A stretch of DNA of 63,478 bases, filler included, from Stramenopiles sp. TOSAG23-6 (Eukaryota): NCBI GenBank assembly GCA_900128565.1. It is 8 parts of 8 records of this genome, joined end to end, with 100 filler letters (N's around TTAATTAATTAA, not from the genome) between each part and the next. Parts side by side here need not be neighbours in the genome. Positions count along the whole stretch, not along the records: positions 44,653 to 53,433 come from LT636415.1; positions 53,534 to 62,278 come from LT636416.1; 6 more parts are not named here. The stretch is one strand, 5' to 3'. How positions within the stretch are numbered: position 1 is the first letter of the stretch; every line of letters begins with the position of its first letter. The notes under the pieces were generated by a model. The model searched no databases and was not told the DNA's origin. It saw only the letters and a program-made list of their open reading frames with translations. Made by a program: the position numbers and the translations under genes. Positions 44,742 to 56,404 of this stretch are shown here, piece after piece.

Positions 44742-46836
44742 CGGTTTACGATCATTTCAATTTGATTCAATTGTCAATGAAAAAGGTAGTCAAAAGCTTG
44801 TATTCGAAAACACAAACTCGATGGTCACTGACTTTCTGAATGGATATAATGCCACGATAATCATGTATGGACAAACTGGCTCCGGAAAAACACATACAAT
44901 GTTTGGTCCTCCTGTAGGCTCACTTGGCACCCATGTACATTTTATTTTTTTTTTTTACAAAAAAATCGATTTTTTTTTTGTACGAAATTTCGTACCTAAC
45001 AAAAAAAATAAAAAAAATATTTTTTCACAATTAATATACAAAGGAAGACACAACGTGGTCTTGTACCACGAATTTGTGAGGAAGTTTTATCTTGTATTAG
45101 AATACGTAGAGAACGAGGCATTACGTGTACATTTTTATCATGCATTTTAAATTTATTTATTTTCGTACGAAAATTTGTACCTAATGATTTTATTCTTAAA
45201 TATTTTTTTACAGTACGTGTGAGCTCAGTGTTTCATATATTGAAATCTACGGCCGTTCTGTAACTGATTTGTTATCAGGAGGAAGTCAAGTGGGCCATTC
45301 CAGAGTATCTGCTCAAAGATTTGTGTTAGCTGGACATGCAAAACGTATTGTTCAATCCATGTACGTTTTATTTTTTTTTTTTACAAAAAAATTGAATTTA
45401 TTTTTTTGTACGAAATTTCGTACCTAACAAAAAAAATAAAAAAATATATTTTTTCACAATCCATGTCAGATATTGATTCAATATTGACTGATGGAGATTT
45501 ACAAAAGAGAAGGGCAGCAACAGCAATGAATAAACGTTCATCAAGAGCACATTCCTTATTTATTCTAACCTTAGCAATGGAGGCACCGCAATCTTCTTCT
45601 AATGAAAATTCTAATTCTAATGATACAAAAGGCAATGTTTGTATACAAAGTCAATTATTTCTTGCAGATCTTGGAGGAAGTGAACAAGTTAAGAAAAGTA
45701 AAGTAAAAGCTGGCAGTTTGAGAGAAGGTATAGGATTTGTCCTTGGTCAACACATGAGAGAGGCTATATACATTAATACTGGATTACTTGCCCTTAAACA
45801 TTGTATTTCAGCATTAAATAGAGGTGATTCGTTTATTCCATATCAAAATGATAAATTAACCATGCTACTTTCACCAGCTCTAGGAGGTAATTCAAAAGCT
45901 TGTGTGATTGTATGTGCTAGTATGGACGATTCCAATGCTAGTGAGACATTGCAGGCCTTGCGCTTTGGGGAAAAATGTATGCGGGTAAAAAATGATGCTT
46001 TTCAGAAAAAGTCGACAGTGAGCCATCTTGTCAAAAAGATAGATCAAGAAATGCTTCAACTAGAAGAAACTATTCGTAAAAAAGAAAGATGGGAAACAAA
46101 AGAAGAAAGAAAGATAGATTCATTGGCAGAAGAAGGTACCCATGCTGCGGTTTTAAATAAACAAGGTGGAGAAATTATTCGCGTTGGATGTTTGTTTTAT
46201 TTTTTTTCAAATTTTGAATTTATTTTTCGTACGAAATGTTGTACCTAACGAATTTTTTTTGAAATATTTTTCCAAAAAACATGTCTAGTTGGAGCTGAAA
46301 CCGAAAGAGCTAGACTTGAAGTATTAATTGCAAAAAGAGCTGATCTCATGGGAGAACAAATTGATATGTCATTACCCGAATCTGGTTTTGGTGGTAAATA
46401 TGGAGGTAAAATTGATGCATTAGGAGGACACAGTGCTACAAGATTTGCAGCTAGCTCTACAGATCAAGGGTTGTTTATTGATGGTAAAAACGCAGGTCAA
46501 TGTATGTTTTTTTTTTTTCAATTTTGAGTTGTTTTTTTCGTACGAAATGTTGTATGTAACGCTTTTTTTTTTGAAATATTGTTTTGAAACACATGGACTG
46601 GCTCTCACAGTGTTGAGGATGACATTGGAATGAAACATATACGAATACTCCCAGAATCTGGACACTTTGAGGTTTGTGTTCCACGAGGAAATTCGTATTT
46701 TATTAGGGAATGTGGAAAGGATATATCACTTGCAAAGACAGTCCGTGATCAAGTGTGGCAGTGGAATATGAATGGTAGATCGAAAGCATTTATTAGAAAA
46801 GCAATTCAGAGAATACAAACTATACCTACATCATGA
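44742..46836 (+). CDS. Kinesin motor protein (5'-partial); introns 44935-45035, 45127-45218, 45361-45464, 46190-46282, 46502-46594
   Basis: YGQTGSGKTHTM, SYIEIY, MNKRSSRAH, LADLGGSE, IPYQNDKLT.LL..ALGGN, ETLQALRFG. Confidence 0.92.
45361..45464 (+). mobile_element. Introner-like intron, GT-AT, with a 10-nt direct repeat
   Basis: CAATCCAT|GT at both junctions. Confidence 0.88.
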
Positions 46837-46931
46837 TTTGTTTTGGGTGGTTTTGGGTTACGTACAAAATTCTCTACGAAAAAAAAAAAAAGAAAAACAT
46901 ATAAATTTTAAGTGAAATAATTAAATTTATC

Positions 46932-47921
46932 TTAGTCTTTATTTATTTTACTCAATCTTTCTATAATATGAATAGACAAACGACGTCTTAATAATTCCGT
47001 AGAATGAATAAATGAAGCAACATTTGCTAATATCATTGTGAATGTGCCAGTTTCTACTAAAAATTGCATAGGTTTAAAAATCAAAGCTAGAGATAATAAT
47101 GAAGCTGTAACAAAATATAATGTTGGAATTATGGCAGCAATTGATCCTAACTGACGGTTTTGCCACTGTAAAAAAAGAAGACATCGAAAACACTGCGAAA
47201 GTTTAGGGTTAGGGTTTTTTTTAGTTGTTTTTGTTTTTAAGGACTTTATTTTTTTCTTGTATTCTATTCTTTGCGAAATGTATTCTTCAAAAGAAGTGCC
47301 ACGAAAAAAATACCGATATACTGAAGCAAAGTGAAACCAACAGACTAAATCGAGAGAAATCCATTTCAAACGTCCGAGAAGCCATAACTGAGTGGATAGA
47401 CTTGGCTCAATTTGAGGCCACTGTCGTCGTAACAAACTTACAAGCATTCCTCGTATATATTCTGCAAATGAAAATATAAACGATGTAAATATTGCAATTT
47501 TCATGCCAAATTGGCCTAGGGGGAAACCCTTTGTGACAGAAAGTGAAGTCTTTCGCCGCGTTATTGAATTGCGAAGCAGGCAGAAGTGTATAATAATTAA
47601 GCAGACAGACCAAACTGAATACGATATACTCAGCCATTTCTTTTCAAGCCTATTATCAATTAGTGGGACAGTCGGAGGAAGCTCACTCATACGACCAAAA
47701 ATCGCCTCGTATTGAAGTCTACACTTTTTAGATGAGGTATTATGGCTTCCTGCCATTTCAAACCAGGCAAGTTTCGTTCGAAAACCGTATGGGTTTGGAA
47801 ATTGTGCTGGTCTTTCTAAATAGTCAATTACTTTTGAAAAATACTGAAATTGCCACAGAAGATTAGTTCCCGCACAAAAACTGAATATAAGCGCCTTGGT
47901 TAACGGGGTACTATTGACCAT
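46932..47921 (-). CDS. Hypothetical multi-pass membrane protein
   Basis: 329-aa ORF with several hydrophobic segments. Confidence 0.65.
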   Translation of the reverse strand: MVNSTPLTKALIFSFCAGTNLLWQFQYFSKVIDYLERPAQFPNPYGFRTKLAWFEMAGSHNTSSKKCRLQYEAIFGRMSELPPTVPLIDNRLEKKWLSISYSVWSVCLIIIHFCLLRNSITRRKTSLSVTKGFPLGQFGMKIAIFTSFIFSFAEYIRGMLVSLLRRQWPQIEPSLSTQLWLLGRLKWISLDLVCWFHFASVYRYFFRGTSFEEYISQRIEYKKKIKSLKTKTTKKNPNPKLSQCFRCLLFLQWQNRQLGSIAAIIPTLYFVTASLLSLALIFKPMQFLVETGTFTMILANVASFIHSTELLRRRLSIHIIERLSKINKD

Positions 47922-48212
47922 TATTCGTATTATTTTAGTCTACATTAATTTTATCAGCAAGAATTATTTCTATTAACATCAGTTTTTCAGTAATTTTCAC
48001 TTGCTACTTTAATTTCGAAATAATGTCGAAATTTTCAAATTTTTTTTTTACTTGATTTTTTCGTGTTTGTCGCTCCTATAATATAATATTATATATAGCA
48101 TCAACACCCCTAGAAATATACTAGTATTAGTACAACTCGTATTTACTACTATAGTAGCCAGCACTAGCTAGGATAGTGTCCATGATCTTACTTATACTAG
48201 TATTGTCTAATA

Positions 48213-49076
48213 ATGTTGCACTATTTGATCAAAAGTATTATATTCGTATGTCTAATTTTTAGAGTAGCAGACGCTACGTCAACTAAAGCACTGGAATTAG
48301 AAATATTAGCTAAGGGCGCAATTGAATATGCCATCTTGAAATATTTAGAGCATCCAGATAACAAATGCTTTACAACACTGAAGCCCAGCACAAACAAAAT
48401 GTACGGTTATGATTTACTACGTTTATCCTCTAAGAAAGCATCAGATATGAAACATTTTGAAGATGTAGAACAAACGGAGTTAATTGCTGATTTAATTGCG
48501 AACGATCTCTTTATTTTTCTTAATGAATTACGTGAGTTTATCATGTCACAAAGTAGTTTGAACAGTACTAGTTCATTATTAGAACTATTCGAAAGTACTT
48601 CTATTGTACCTAATTGGAAGACATTTGAAATCATTCCATTACCTTCGCTTCGATCTCCAAAGTATAGCAATACACGAGCACCTGAAAATATTGAAACTTC
48701 GGGGAAGCAGAGTAAACTAACACCCCTTTCCTCACACTTTCGTAATAAAGCCTTGCAACAATACTACTCTAATGATAATCCAACAAATAAAGATGAACTT
48801 CCAGGGACAGAATTCTTTCGCCCTTTCAATGCAGTTTTGGAACCAAATAATAAAAACCTTGTTAAATGTAGAGGAAGACTCAAAGTAATTAAATCAAGCG
48901 TTCCTGAAAACAAATGCGACTTTTGTAGAACTTTGTATTACGAAAATTGTCTTCTTAGGGGTGCACCATTCGAAAAAAAAGACGGTCCATCTATCGGCGG
49001 AGCAGTAATCAAAGGACATAATAATGTCAATTCTCCTCCCGGTGTTCAAAATTTAGGATATGGTATAGATACATAA
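48213..49076 (+). CDS. Hypothetical secreted protein
   Basis: 287-aa ORF with signal-peptide-like start. Confidence 0.6.
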   Translation: MLHYLIKSIIFVCLIFRVADATSTKALELEILAKGAIEYAILKYLEHPDNKCFTTLKPSTNKMYGYDLLRLSSKKASDMKHFEDVEQTELIADLIANDLFIFLNELREFIMSQSSLNSTSSLLELFESTSIVPNWKTFEIIPLPSLRSPKYSNTRAPENIETSGKQSKLTPLSSHFRNKALQQYYSNDNPTNKDELPGTEFFRPFNAVLEPNNKNLVKCRGRLKVIKSSVPENKCDFCRTLYYENCLLRGAPFEKKDGPSIGGAVIKGHNNVNSPPGVQNLGYGIDT

Positions 49077-49138
49077 AATTCATACAAAATGAGTGACTTT
49101 AAACGAGTTTTATTCTTAATACTTTTCTCTTTAACTCT

Positions 49139-51110
49139 TTAACGCCTTCTTGGAGCTTTGTGTTTCTTCTTTGCATCTGCTTTCATTGCTTTAATCCGCT
49201 TATTTACATTTTTTTGTTGCTCTTTGAGGGATACCTTCATTTTTTGTCGTACAGCAGATGAAAATTTAACCATACCAAAATTTTTCTTCCTTGTTTTTTC
49301 AATATTTGTACTTCCTCCGCCTTTTTCCTTGGAACCATATTTATCACGACCTTCTCGCACTGCTTGTAACCGTTCTTCCTTCTTTTGCCTCTGTTTAAAG
49401 GAATAACCAAGAAGCATACCTGCAGACACACAAGTTGTACTTGCACTAACACCACCAACTGTATTTTCATACTCTTCATCTGAATCATTATCGCTATTCA
49501 AATCGCCGTCAGAACTGCCCCAGTCATCATCAGAATTAGTACTGTTTTTATTCACCGATGTTTTTATAGTTTGTGCGCCATATGCATCAGGTTTTGCACC
49601 CTTCACATGCTCTTTGCCACGATCTCGTGTGTGAAGTAATTCAGGATATAACACACGAACATCATTTATCAAACCACGTGCAGCTATCACAACTCCTTTA
49701 TCATTATATTTTTTATACTCTGCTAAATCTCTAATTAAAGGTTTCAATTCAGGCTCTGATAAAATATGAGGTACTCTTGCGCAAACCGCACGAATAGTAT
49801 TAATACCAATGGCGATGACGTCACCCGGCCTTCGATCAGTGATGAAGTTGTCTGCAATACCACGTAATACTGGTACTAAATCATCAGCAGGAACTAAATC
49901 GTGACAAGCCTGCACAAGATAGGCAAGGATACTCGTAACTTGAGGTTGAGTAGGCGACGCGGTGTACCTTTGGAGGTGTGAATATAAATTCAATAAGATG
50001 AGCTTGTGACGTCCAACAACTCTGGACAACAAATTCATCATCACAACTTTTACATCAAAGTTTTGATTAGTTTGTCTTAACTTTTTAAACAATCTCTCGG
50101 TAAACCCTTGCGGATCACTAATCGAATCAATTGCAGGGAAAAGATTCGTCACTGGACGAATTTTACCGTTCTGCATTTGAGATCGCATCCGTTTAGTTTT
50201 TTTTAATGCTGAAGCCATCACGCGTTGGCGTTTTCTCGTTTTTTTGGCATGTCGATTATGTAATTTAATTTCCTTCACCGTGACAATTGTAGAATACTCT
50301 TCGGTTTCTTCTTCTTTTGTGTCATGGTGCATCCTTGCTTCTATGTATTGTAAAAAAATATATATTTTTTGTAATTGTTTTTGTTAGGTACAAAATTTCG
50401 AATGAAAAAAAACATTCGAAATTGAAAAAAAATTAAACATACATTCCAAGAAAAAACTGCATAGCAGCAGCAGCGACTTTCGCCTCAGGATGAAAGACCG
50501 CATTTGCAATGACATTGACAGTCCGAGAATCGGTCCATACTCTTCTTCTGTATAATTCTGTCAGAACTGCAAGAGCTTTGCGGGAAATGGCAGGGGTATC
50601 ATTATTTACCTGCTTGAACACGAAATACTGAGTCTGTTTGATTTCTTTAGTATTATGACCCTTTTGAAAATGATTACGAACATCCGCAACAATGAAAGCA
50701 AACATATCTTTACGGAGCTGTTTGTCTTCGCATGCAAAAAGTCGGAAGAATAGTGTGAATAAAGGAATAGCACCGAGTAAACCTCTATTACGTATGAGTA
50801 CTAAAGCTTGAACAATGACTTGACGCATTTTTGGCTGCATGACAGCAAAGTGCTTTCCAACAAGATCGATAAGCTGAGATGGAAACATTTCCATATCACG
50901 AGGGTAACAAGGCATCACTTGACTCAAGAACTGAACAAGAGAAGCAAAGTGAGGGGCCTTCTGATTTGCTTGGAGTTGAAATATTTCGAGTTCTGACTGA
51001 AAATGAGAAAACTGCATCTGAAACTCCTGCTTATATGCGTCGGGATCGCGTTTGACACGATTTTGGAGCAGTGGAAGATCTGCCGTCATTCTTTCACTGG
51101 ATGCATCCAT
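49139..51110 (-). CDS. SDA1: 60S ribosome biogenesis factor SDA1; intron 50442-50343 (GT-AT)
   Basis: LPLLQNRVKRDP.AY..EF, WTDSRTVNVIA, DPQGF.E.LF, QACHDLVP, GSTN.EK.RKKNF.M. Confidence 0.93.
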
Positions 51111-51221
51111 ATTGATTAATTAATGTAAATGCACTAATCTACTCAAAGTTGGACCAAATAGCAAGTTTTATGTTAGTCTTGCTGCTGATATCAATAGGCG
51201 AGACGTGTAAAATGAACAATT

Positions 51222-51258
51222 TTTTGGGCTGAATCGAAAAAATGGGACAAACCTGTTT
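51222..51258 (-). promoter_or_regulatory. Candidate ribosome-biogenesis promoter module (also 54751-54787 and 6507-6550)
   Basis: ACAKGTTTGTYCCAWT in the same orientation about 90-150 nt upstream of SDA1, PWP1 and RPS5. Confidence 0.55.
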
Positions 51259-51514
51259 TTTTTTGAGCTCCTAAATTCGAAATTGGAAAAAAATGCGTTT
51301 TGGCGGGTTTTTTTCAAAGGTGTCGTTTTGGCGCCAAGGAGGTCCGAATAAGAAAAAACTACGTACAGCAAAGCTAAAGCCTGAACTTCAAGGGGGCAGC
51401 ATTCTACGTATACAAGTGAAATTAACTATATTAGCAACTACGTATTCCGATATCAGTAATTACAAGACGTTGAAAAAAGTTTAGAAATATATATTCTTGG
51501 TGAAGAACAAAGTG

Positions 51515-51916
51515 ATGGCGAGGACTAAATCAAGTAGTAGATCACGTTTAGTCGGGGGCAAAGTTCCCTCCAAGGAAGCAGCCGCAGCGTCGCGAAAAAA
51601 AGATAAACGAAAGGGTACAAAACCTCGCCGTCTTAGACCAGGAACAGGAGCACTTCGTGAGATTAAAAAGTATCAAAAAAGTACCGACTTGCTTATACGT
51701 CGTCTACCCTTTGGTCGCTTAGTCAGAGAAGTTCAGTTGAATTTCAACCACGAAGCGTTACGCTGGGAGGCTAGAGCTTTAGAAGCACTCCAGACTGCAT
51801 CTGAGCAGTATCTTGTAGAATTATTTGAAGATGCAAATCTTTGCGCTATTCATGCCCGTCGAGTGACGATGATGGTCAGAGATATTCAATTAGCGAGGAG
51901 GATTAGAGGGCAATAA
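51515..51916 (+). CDS. CENH3: Centromeric histone H3 variant
   Basis: H3 fold with divergent N-tail, longer loop 1 and W in place of F (LRW). Confidence 0.85.
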   Translation: MARTKSSSRSRLVGGKVPSKEAAAASRKKDKRKGTKPRRLRPGTGALREIKKYQKSTDLLIRRLPFGRLVREVQLNFNHEALRWEARALEALQTASEQYLVELFEDANLCAIHARRVTMMVRDIQLARRIRGQ

Positions 51917-52495
51917 GTTGTGCTCCATTATATTGTCTTTTTCGTTGCTAAGTAAGTGGTGGAACTCTTTGTCAAAAATTTGATCGTACAATAGTTTTAT
52001 GCTACTTGATTTATTGTGTATCGTAGTAGACGGTTCTACAAAATTATGTAGCTACACTATCAAATTTGCCTATCGTATGGACTTGTTCCTTGAGCTCAAT
52101 CTGTACCATGACTTATGAGTTTGACTCGTTAATCTGCCCTAATCATTTCTCTCTTTTCTTATAATTTTTTACGAATATATCGTATTCTGAAGCAATAAAT
52201 ATAATCAGATCTGTATATATTCTGGGGTTCCTTTTGTATGTGTATTTCTTTTCTCTCTCGGGGTAATTTTTAATTTTTTGTACAAGGAATATTCAATAGT
52301 ACCTAGCTACACGAAAAAAAAAAGCTGGTTTTCGTGTTTTTGTGTTTTCTTTTGCCCTTTGTGCCTTTTCTTCGTGAACGGCCGCATTAAATTTATTCGA
52401 AAAATTTGGTTTGTTATTAATTTGGAATACATACAATACCCGAAATACAAACTATCACTCATGCGTGAGAATAGAATATCAATACATTTGTAGTC

Positions 52496-53374
52496 ATGGA
52501 GCCATTGGCTAAAACTTCGAAATTTCAAATGCCATTTAGTCGAAAAAGAACTCGTACTGGTTCTTTAGGTGCTGTCGATTTCCCCCCTCGAGTTACACCT
52601 TTCAGTTCATCCCATTCTTTACCACCAACAAGGAGTAGGTCTCAAACGCCTTCTGATTTGAATGACTCTACCTTCAAAAAGTCTCACAATATATTTAGAA
52701 AAAACGCGTTGCGCCGTACAAGTTCTGCCCATGTAAGAGGAAGAGACCCAAGTTCATTTACAAATTTAAGAAATTTAAGATCTTTGTATCCTTTTCATAC
52801 AAAACTGCCTCGTGGTACAACTGCAAGTGGTGACTGGACAGCTGAAAGCCTACGAACTTTATCTACAGCACAACAGAAACTTTTGTGCCGAAAATTTTCC
52901 GGCAAAGCACCATCAAGATGTTTACTTTGGCTCCAACAATGTGGCGTTGATATATCCCCTGGATATCGTCATCGAATTGAAGAGGACTACTGTAGTCGTT
53001 TGGACGAGGTATTTGGTACTCGGAATGTAAAATGCGTTGCTAATGATTTACTATATCACACACCATTGATAGATGATGCCGCATTTTACTCTGTCGGTCG
53101 TGGACGTAGTCTCCCCATCGAAAAGTCATTTGCAGTGAAAAGAATTTTATGCGTTGTTTGTGAATGCACAGGTCTTAATTATGTATGTTTTATTTTTTTC
53201 TTACAAAAAAATCGAATTTATTTTTTTTTTCGTACGACATTTTGTACCTAACGAATTAAAAACATATATTTTTCACAATATATGCACCAATGCTCCCCGA
53301 AATATTGGCGCTTATGCTTGAACCTTGCGAAGATGATGAACTTTTGGACGGCCAAAACCTTAACTCTAAAGGGT
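52496..53374 (+). CDS. Probable TBC/Rab-GAP-like protein (3'-partial); intron 53183-53283 (GT-AT)
   Basis: KRIL......GLNY|APMLPEILALML after intron removal. Confidence 0.55.
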
Positions 53375-53587
53375 GTTTGTTTTATTTTTTTTCAATTTCG
53401 AATTTATTTTTCGTACGAAATTTTGTACCTAACNNNNNNNNNNNNNNNNNNNNNNNNNNNNNNNNNNNNNNNNNNNNTTAATTAATTAANNNNNNNNNNN
53501 NNNNNNNNNNNNNNNNNNNNNNNNNNNNNNNNNTACGAAATTTTGTACCTAACGATTTTCTTTTTGAAATATTTTTTCATCATACAT

Positions 53588-53692
53588 TCTCTTTATGATG
53601 CTGTTCTAAGCCCAGACGCTGGTTATACTGATGCAGCGGACATTATGATATATACTCCAGCTCAAGTAAGACAATTACTGGGAGTTGTTTGA
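53588..53692 (+). CDS. Last exon of an unknown gene
   Basis: Follows a family intron end (CATACAT); open to TGA. Confidence 0.4.
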   Translation, partial: SLYDAVLSPDAGYTDAADIMIYTPAQVRQLLGVV

Positions 53693-53793
53693 CTTTTGAA
53701 ATACAATAAAGAAATTAAGAAATTTTGTAGCAAAATTCTTTTACAAGTTTGATGTCTTATTTGTAGTATTTATATAAAAGACTTTTTCACTAT

Positions 53794-54552
53794 TTAACAA
53801 CATGTATCTGTACCACCACCTTCATATGCGTGTGAAACACCTTTGATATCTTGTCCTCTAGTTGAATTAGCAGCCATTAAGGTTGGATTTTCAATAACCT
53901 TTTGAACAACTTCTTTGAAAACTTGCTGAATCCCAACTTTTGTTTTGGCGCTTGCTTCAATAAATAACATTCCACGAGATCGTGCCCAAGCTGCACCCTC
54001 TTTCCAACTCACTTCTCTTTCATCGTCCATGTCAATTTTGTTTCCTACGAGAAGCTTCACAACATCCTTTCCTCCAGAAGGGCAGTAGACTTCAGTTTCT
54101 TCCAACCAAGGGCCTAGATTTTCAAAAGTTTCTCGTCGAGTAATATCATAGCATAATATAATGCCTTGAGCACCTCTATAATATGAAGACGTCAATGTTC
54201 TAAATCGTTCTTGTCCAGCAGTATCCCATATAGTCATTTTTGCCGTTTTCCCAGCTATTTGCATAATCTTCACTTTGAAATCAACACCAATAGTTGACTG
54301 CATGGTTGAATCAAATGTGTCGTCAGTGAAACGCTGTAGAAAGAAAGTAAGAAAAAAGATACACACTATGAGAAAACTATTTCGGTATTAAGCATATGCA
54401 ACAAAGCATAGAAAAACTATCCATAGAATATAATACAATAAAAATATATGTAAGCTGTTTGAAAAATTCTTACTTACCAGAAGAATTGAACTTTTTCCTA
54501 CTCCCGCATCGCCTATTAATAAGAGTTTAAGAAGATGATCATAGTCACTCAT
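53794..54552 (-). CDS. RAB18: Rab18 GTPase; canonical intron 54477-54334
   Basis: GDAGVGKSSILL|RFTDD.FD, TIGVDFKVK, WDTAGQERFRTLTSSYYRGAQG, terminal CC. Confidence 0.93.
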
Positions 54553-54853
54553 CGTCGCTACTATTTTAACTTAGATTTATATATAGTATAAGCAATACGC
54601 TGTAAATGATACTTAAAGCACAGAAATAATTAAAACGATGAGCAAGGAAAATGTCGGCAAAGCCTGCTGTGCACAAAAATTTTAATTTTCTTCAAAGAAA
54701 GTTGAAAAAACCTCCTCAATCAAAAAAAATGACAAATAAATGAGACATCCGACATGTTTGTTCCATTTTTGATTCAGCGCGAAAATTGAAATTTGTTGTC
54801 ACTGGTAGAATAGTACCAAGTTTGTATTTAGTAAACTACAGTATATCAAAACA

Positions 54854-56404
54854 ATGATATCTGCCGTATGCTGGGCACGTAAATCGACAATGAAGGCCCA
54901 GCCTTCTGTCGTCCAAGAACCAACAGAGTCAGAGATGATTGAAATGCGCCGTGCTGCAGAGCTTGAGTGTATCGAAGTTGAAGCAACAAAGAAAGCTAAA
55001 GCTGCTGCTGCTGCCATGGACAAAATCTCGAACTCCGTTTCAACTGATTGTATGGTGGAAGATGTTTTACCTGCTGAATTCGACATGGAAAACTACGATA
55101 ATGATGAAGAAGAACATGATGAAAGTGCATTGCTTTCTCAAGTTTTAGGGATAAACAATATGACGTACCACAACGATAACGCTGAAGACCCGTACATTAC
55201 TCTCAAAGAAGGAAACGATTCTGACACCGATGAGGAAGAAGACTTACGCTTGAAATCGAGTGATTGTATTATTCTTGCAGCAAAGGCTGAAGAAGAATAC
55301 AGTTGCTTAGAAGTTCATGTGTATGAAGCAGATACGGGGAACTTTTATGTTCATCATGATATGGCACTGCCTGCCTTTCCTTTATGTGTAGAGTGGCTCG
55401 ATTGTTGTGGTCATAATGCTGAGATGGGTAGTTTCGTCGCAGTGGGAAGTTTCCGTCCTCAAGTAGAATTGTGGGATTTGAATACTATCGGTGCAATGGA
55501 ACCTGTTCTTACATTGGGTGGTATGGAAGATGGAACAGTAATTCCTGACAGTCACACAAGTGCTGTTCTAGGTTTGTCATGGAACGCATCTCAACGCAAT
55601 CTACTTCTCTCTGCTTCTGCCGATCACACTGTAAAATTGTGGGATGTCAGTGAAGGTCGATGTGCTCTCACTATGCGTCACCACAACGATAAAGTGTCTT
55701 CAGTACGTTGGAATCCTGTAGAAACTTCTGTTTTAGCATCTTGCTCTTTTGACCGTTCTGCTGTTGTGTTGGACGTTCGGTCACATTTAGAAGGTTTAAA
55801 GTTGTCGCTGTTAGATGATGCTGAGGAACTTCAGTGGAACCCACACAACCCTGCTCTACTTCTTACTGCTACTGAATCAGGTGCAGTGTGTTGTCATGAT
55901 GTTCGAGTTGCATCTTCTAGTAAGGGAAAAGATCAAAATAGATCAACTCTGTGGACGTTACAGGCGCATAATAAATCTATTACGTCTTTATCATTAAGTC
56001 CATTGATACCGGGTATACTGGCAACATCTTCTGTAGATAAATCAGTCAAAGTTTGGGATATTTCAGGTCCAAAGCCAATTTGTATTGCTTCAAAAAACAT
56101 GCAAATTGGACCATTATACTCTGCTTCATTTAATCCTGAGCATCCCTTCCTTCTCTCAGTAGGTGGTGATGATGGACGACTAGCTGTTTGGGAGACTTCG
56201 GAACAAACTGCGATTGAAAAACGTTTTGCTGGTCGTGTCTTGGATGAGCCACCTTTTCAAAATTGTCACAAGAATGAAAAAAAGGACACAAATAATTCAG
56301 AAATGAACGAAATTGATGTACCTGTTTTAGGAGATTGTATGAAACGTGTAGGACCAAAAGTTAAGAAAATGAAAAAAAACAAGAAGAAGAAAGGTAGACG
56401 ATAA
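54854..56404 (+). CDS. PWP1: Periodic tryptophan protein 1 (WD40)
   Basis: MISAVCW, DPYITL, LEVHVYE...NFYVHHD..LPAFPLC.EW, WD40 repeats; intronless. Confidence 0.92.
   Translation: MISAVCWARKSTMKAQPSVVQEPTESEMIEMRRAAELECIEVEATKKAKAAAAAMDKISNSVSTDCMVEDVLPAEFDMENYDNDEEEHDESALLSQVLGINNMTYHNDNAEDPYITLKEGNDSDTDEEEDLRLKSSDCIILAAKAEEEYSCLEVHVYEADTGNFYVHHDMALPAFPLCVEWLDCCGHNAEMGSFVAVGSFRPQVELWDLNTIGAMEPVLTLGGMEDGTVIPDSHTSAVLGLSWNASQRNLLLSASADHTVKLWDVSEGRCALTMRHHNDKVSSVRWNPVETSVLASCSFDRSAVVLDVRSHLEGLKLSLLDDAEELQWNPHNPALLLTATESGAVCCHDVRVASSSKGKDQNRSTLWTLQAHNKSITSLSLSPLIPGILATSSVDKSVKVWDISGPKPICIASKNMQIGPLYSASFNPEHPFLLSVGGDDGRLAVWETSEQTAIEKRFAGRVLDEPPFQNCHKNEKKDTNNSEMNEIDVPVLGDCMKRVGPKVKKMKKNKKKKGRR

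Noticed and set aside
45125-45218. GT-GT call as firm evidence
   Set aside because: An in-frame GT(45125)-AG(45213) alternative exists. Similar ambiguity applies at 21210, 32605, 40553 and 46288.
45361-45464. Ciliate-like internally eliminated DNA with pointer repeats
   Set aside because: Strict sense orientation in CDS, the GTAYGT donor and the CTAAC branch site point to RNA splicing. DNA reads lacking the inserts would reopen this.
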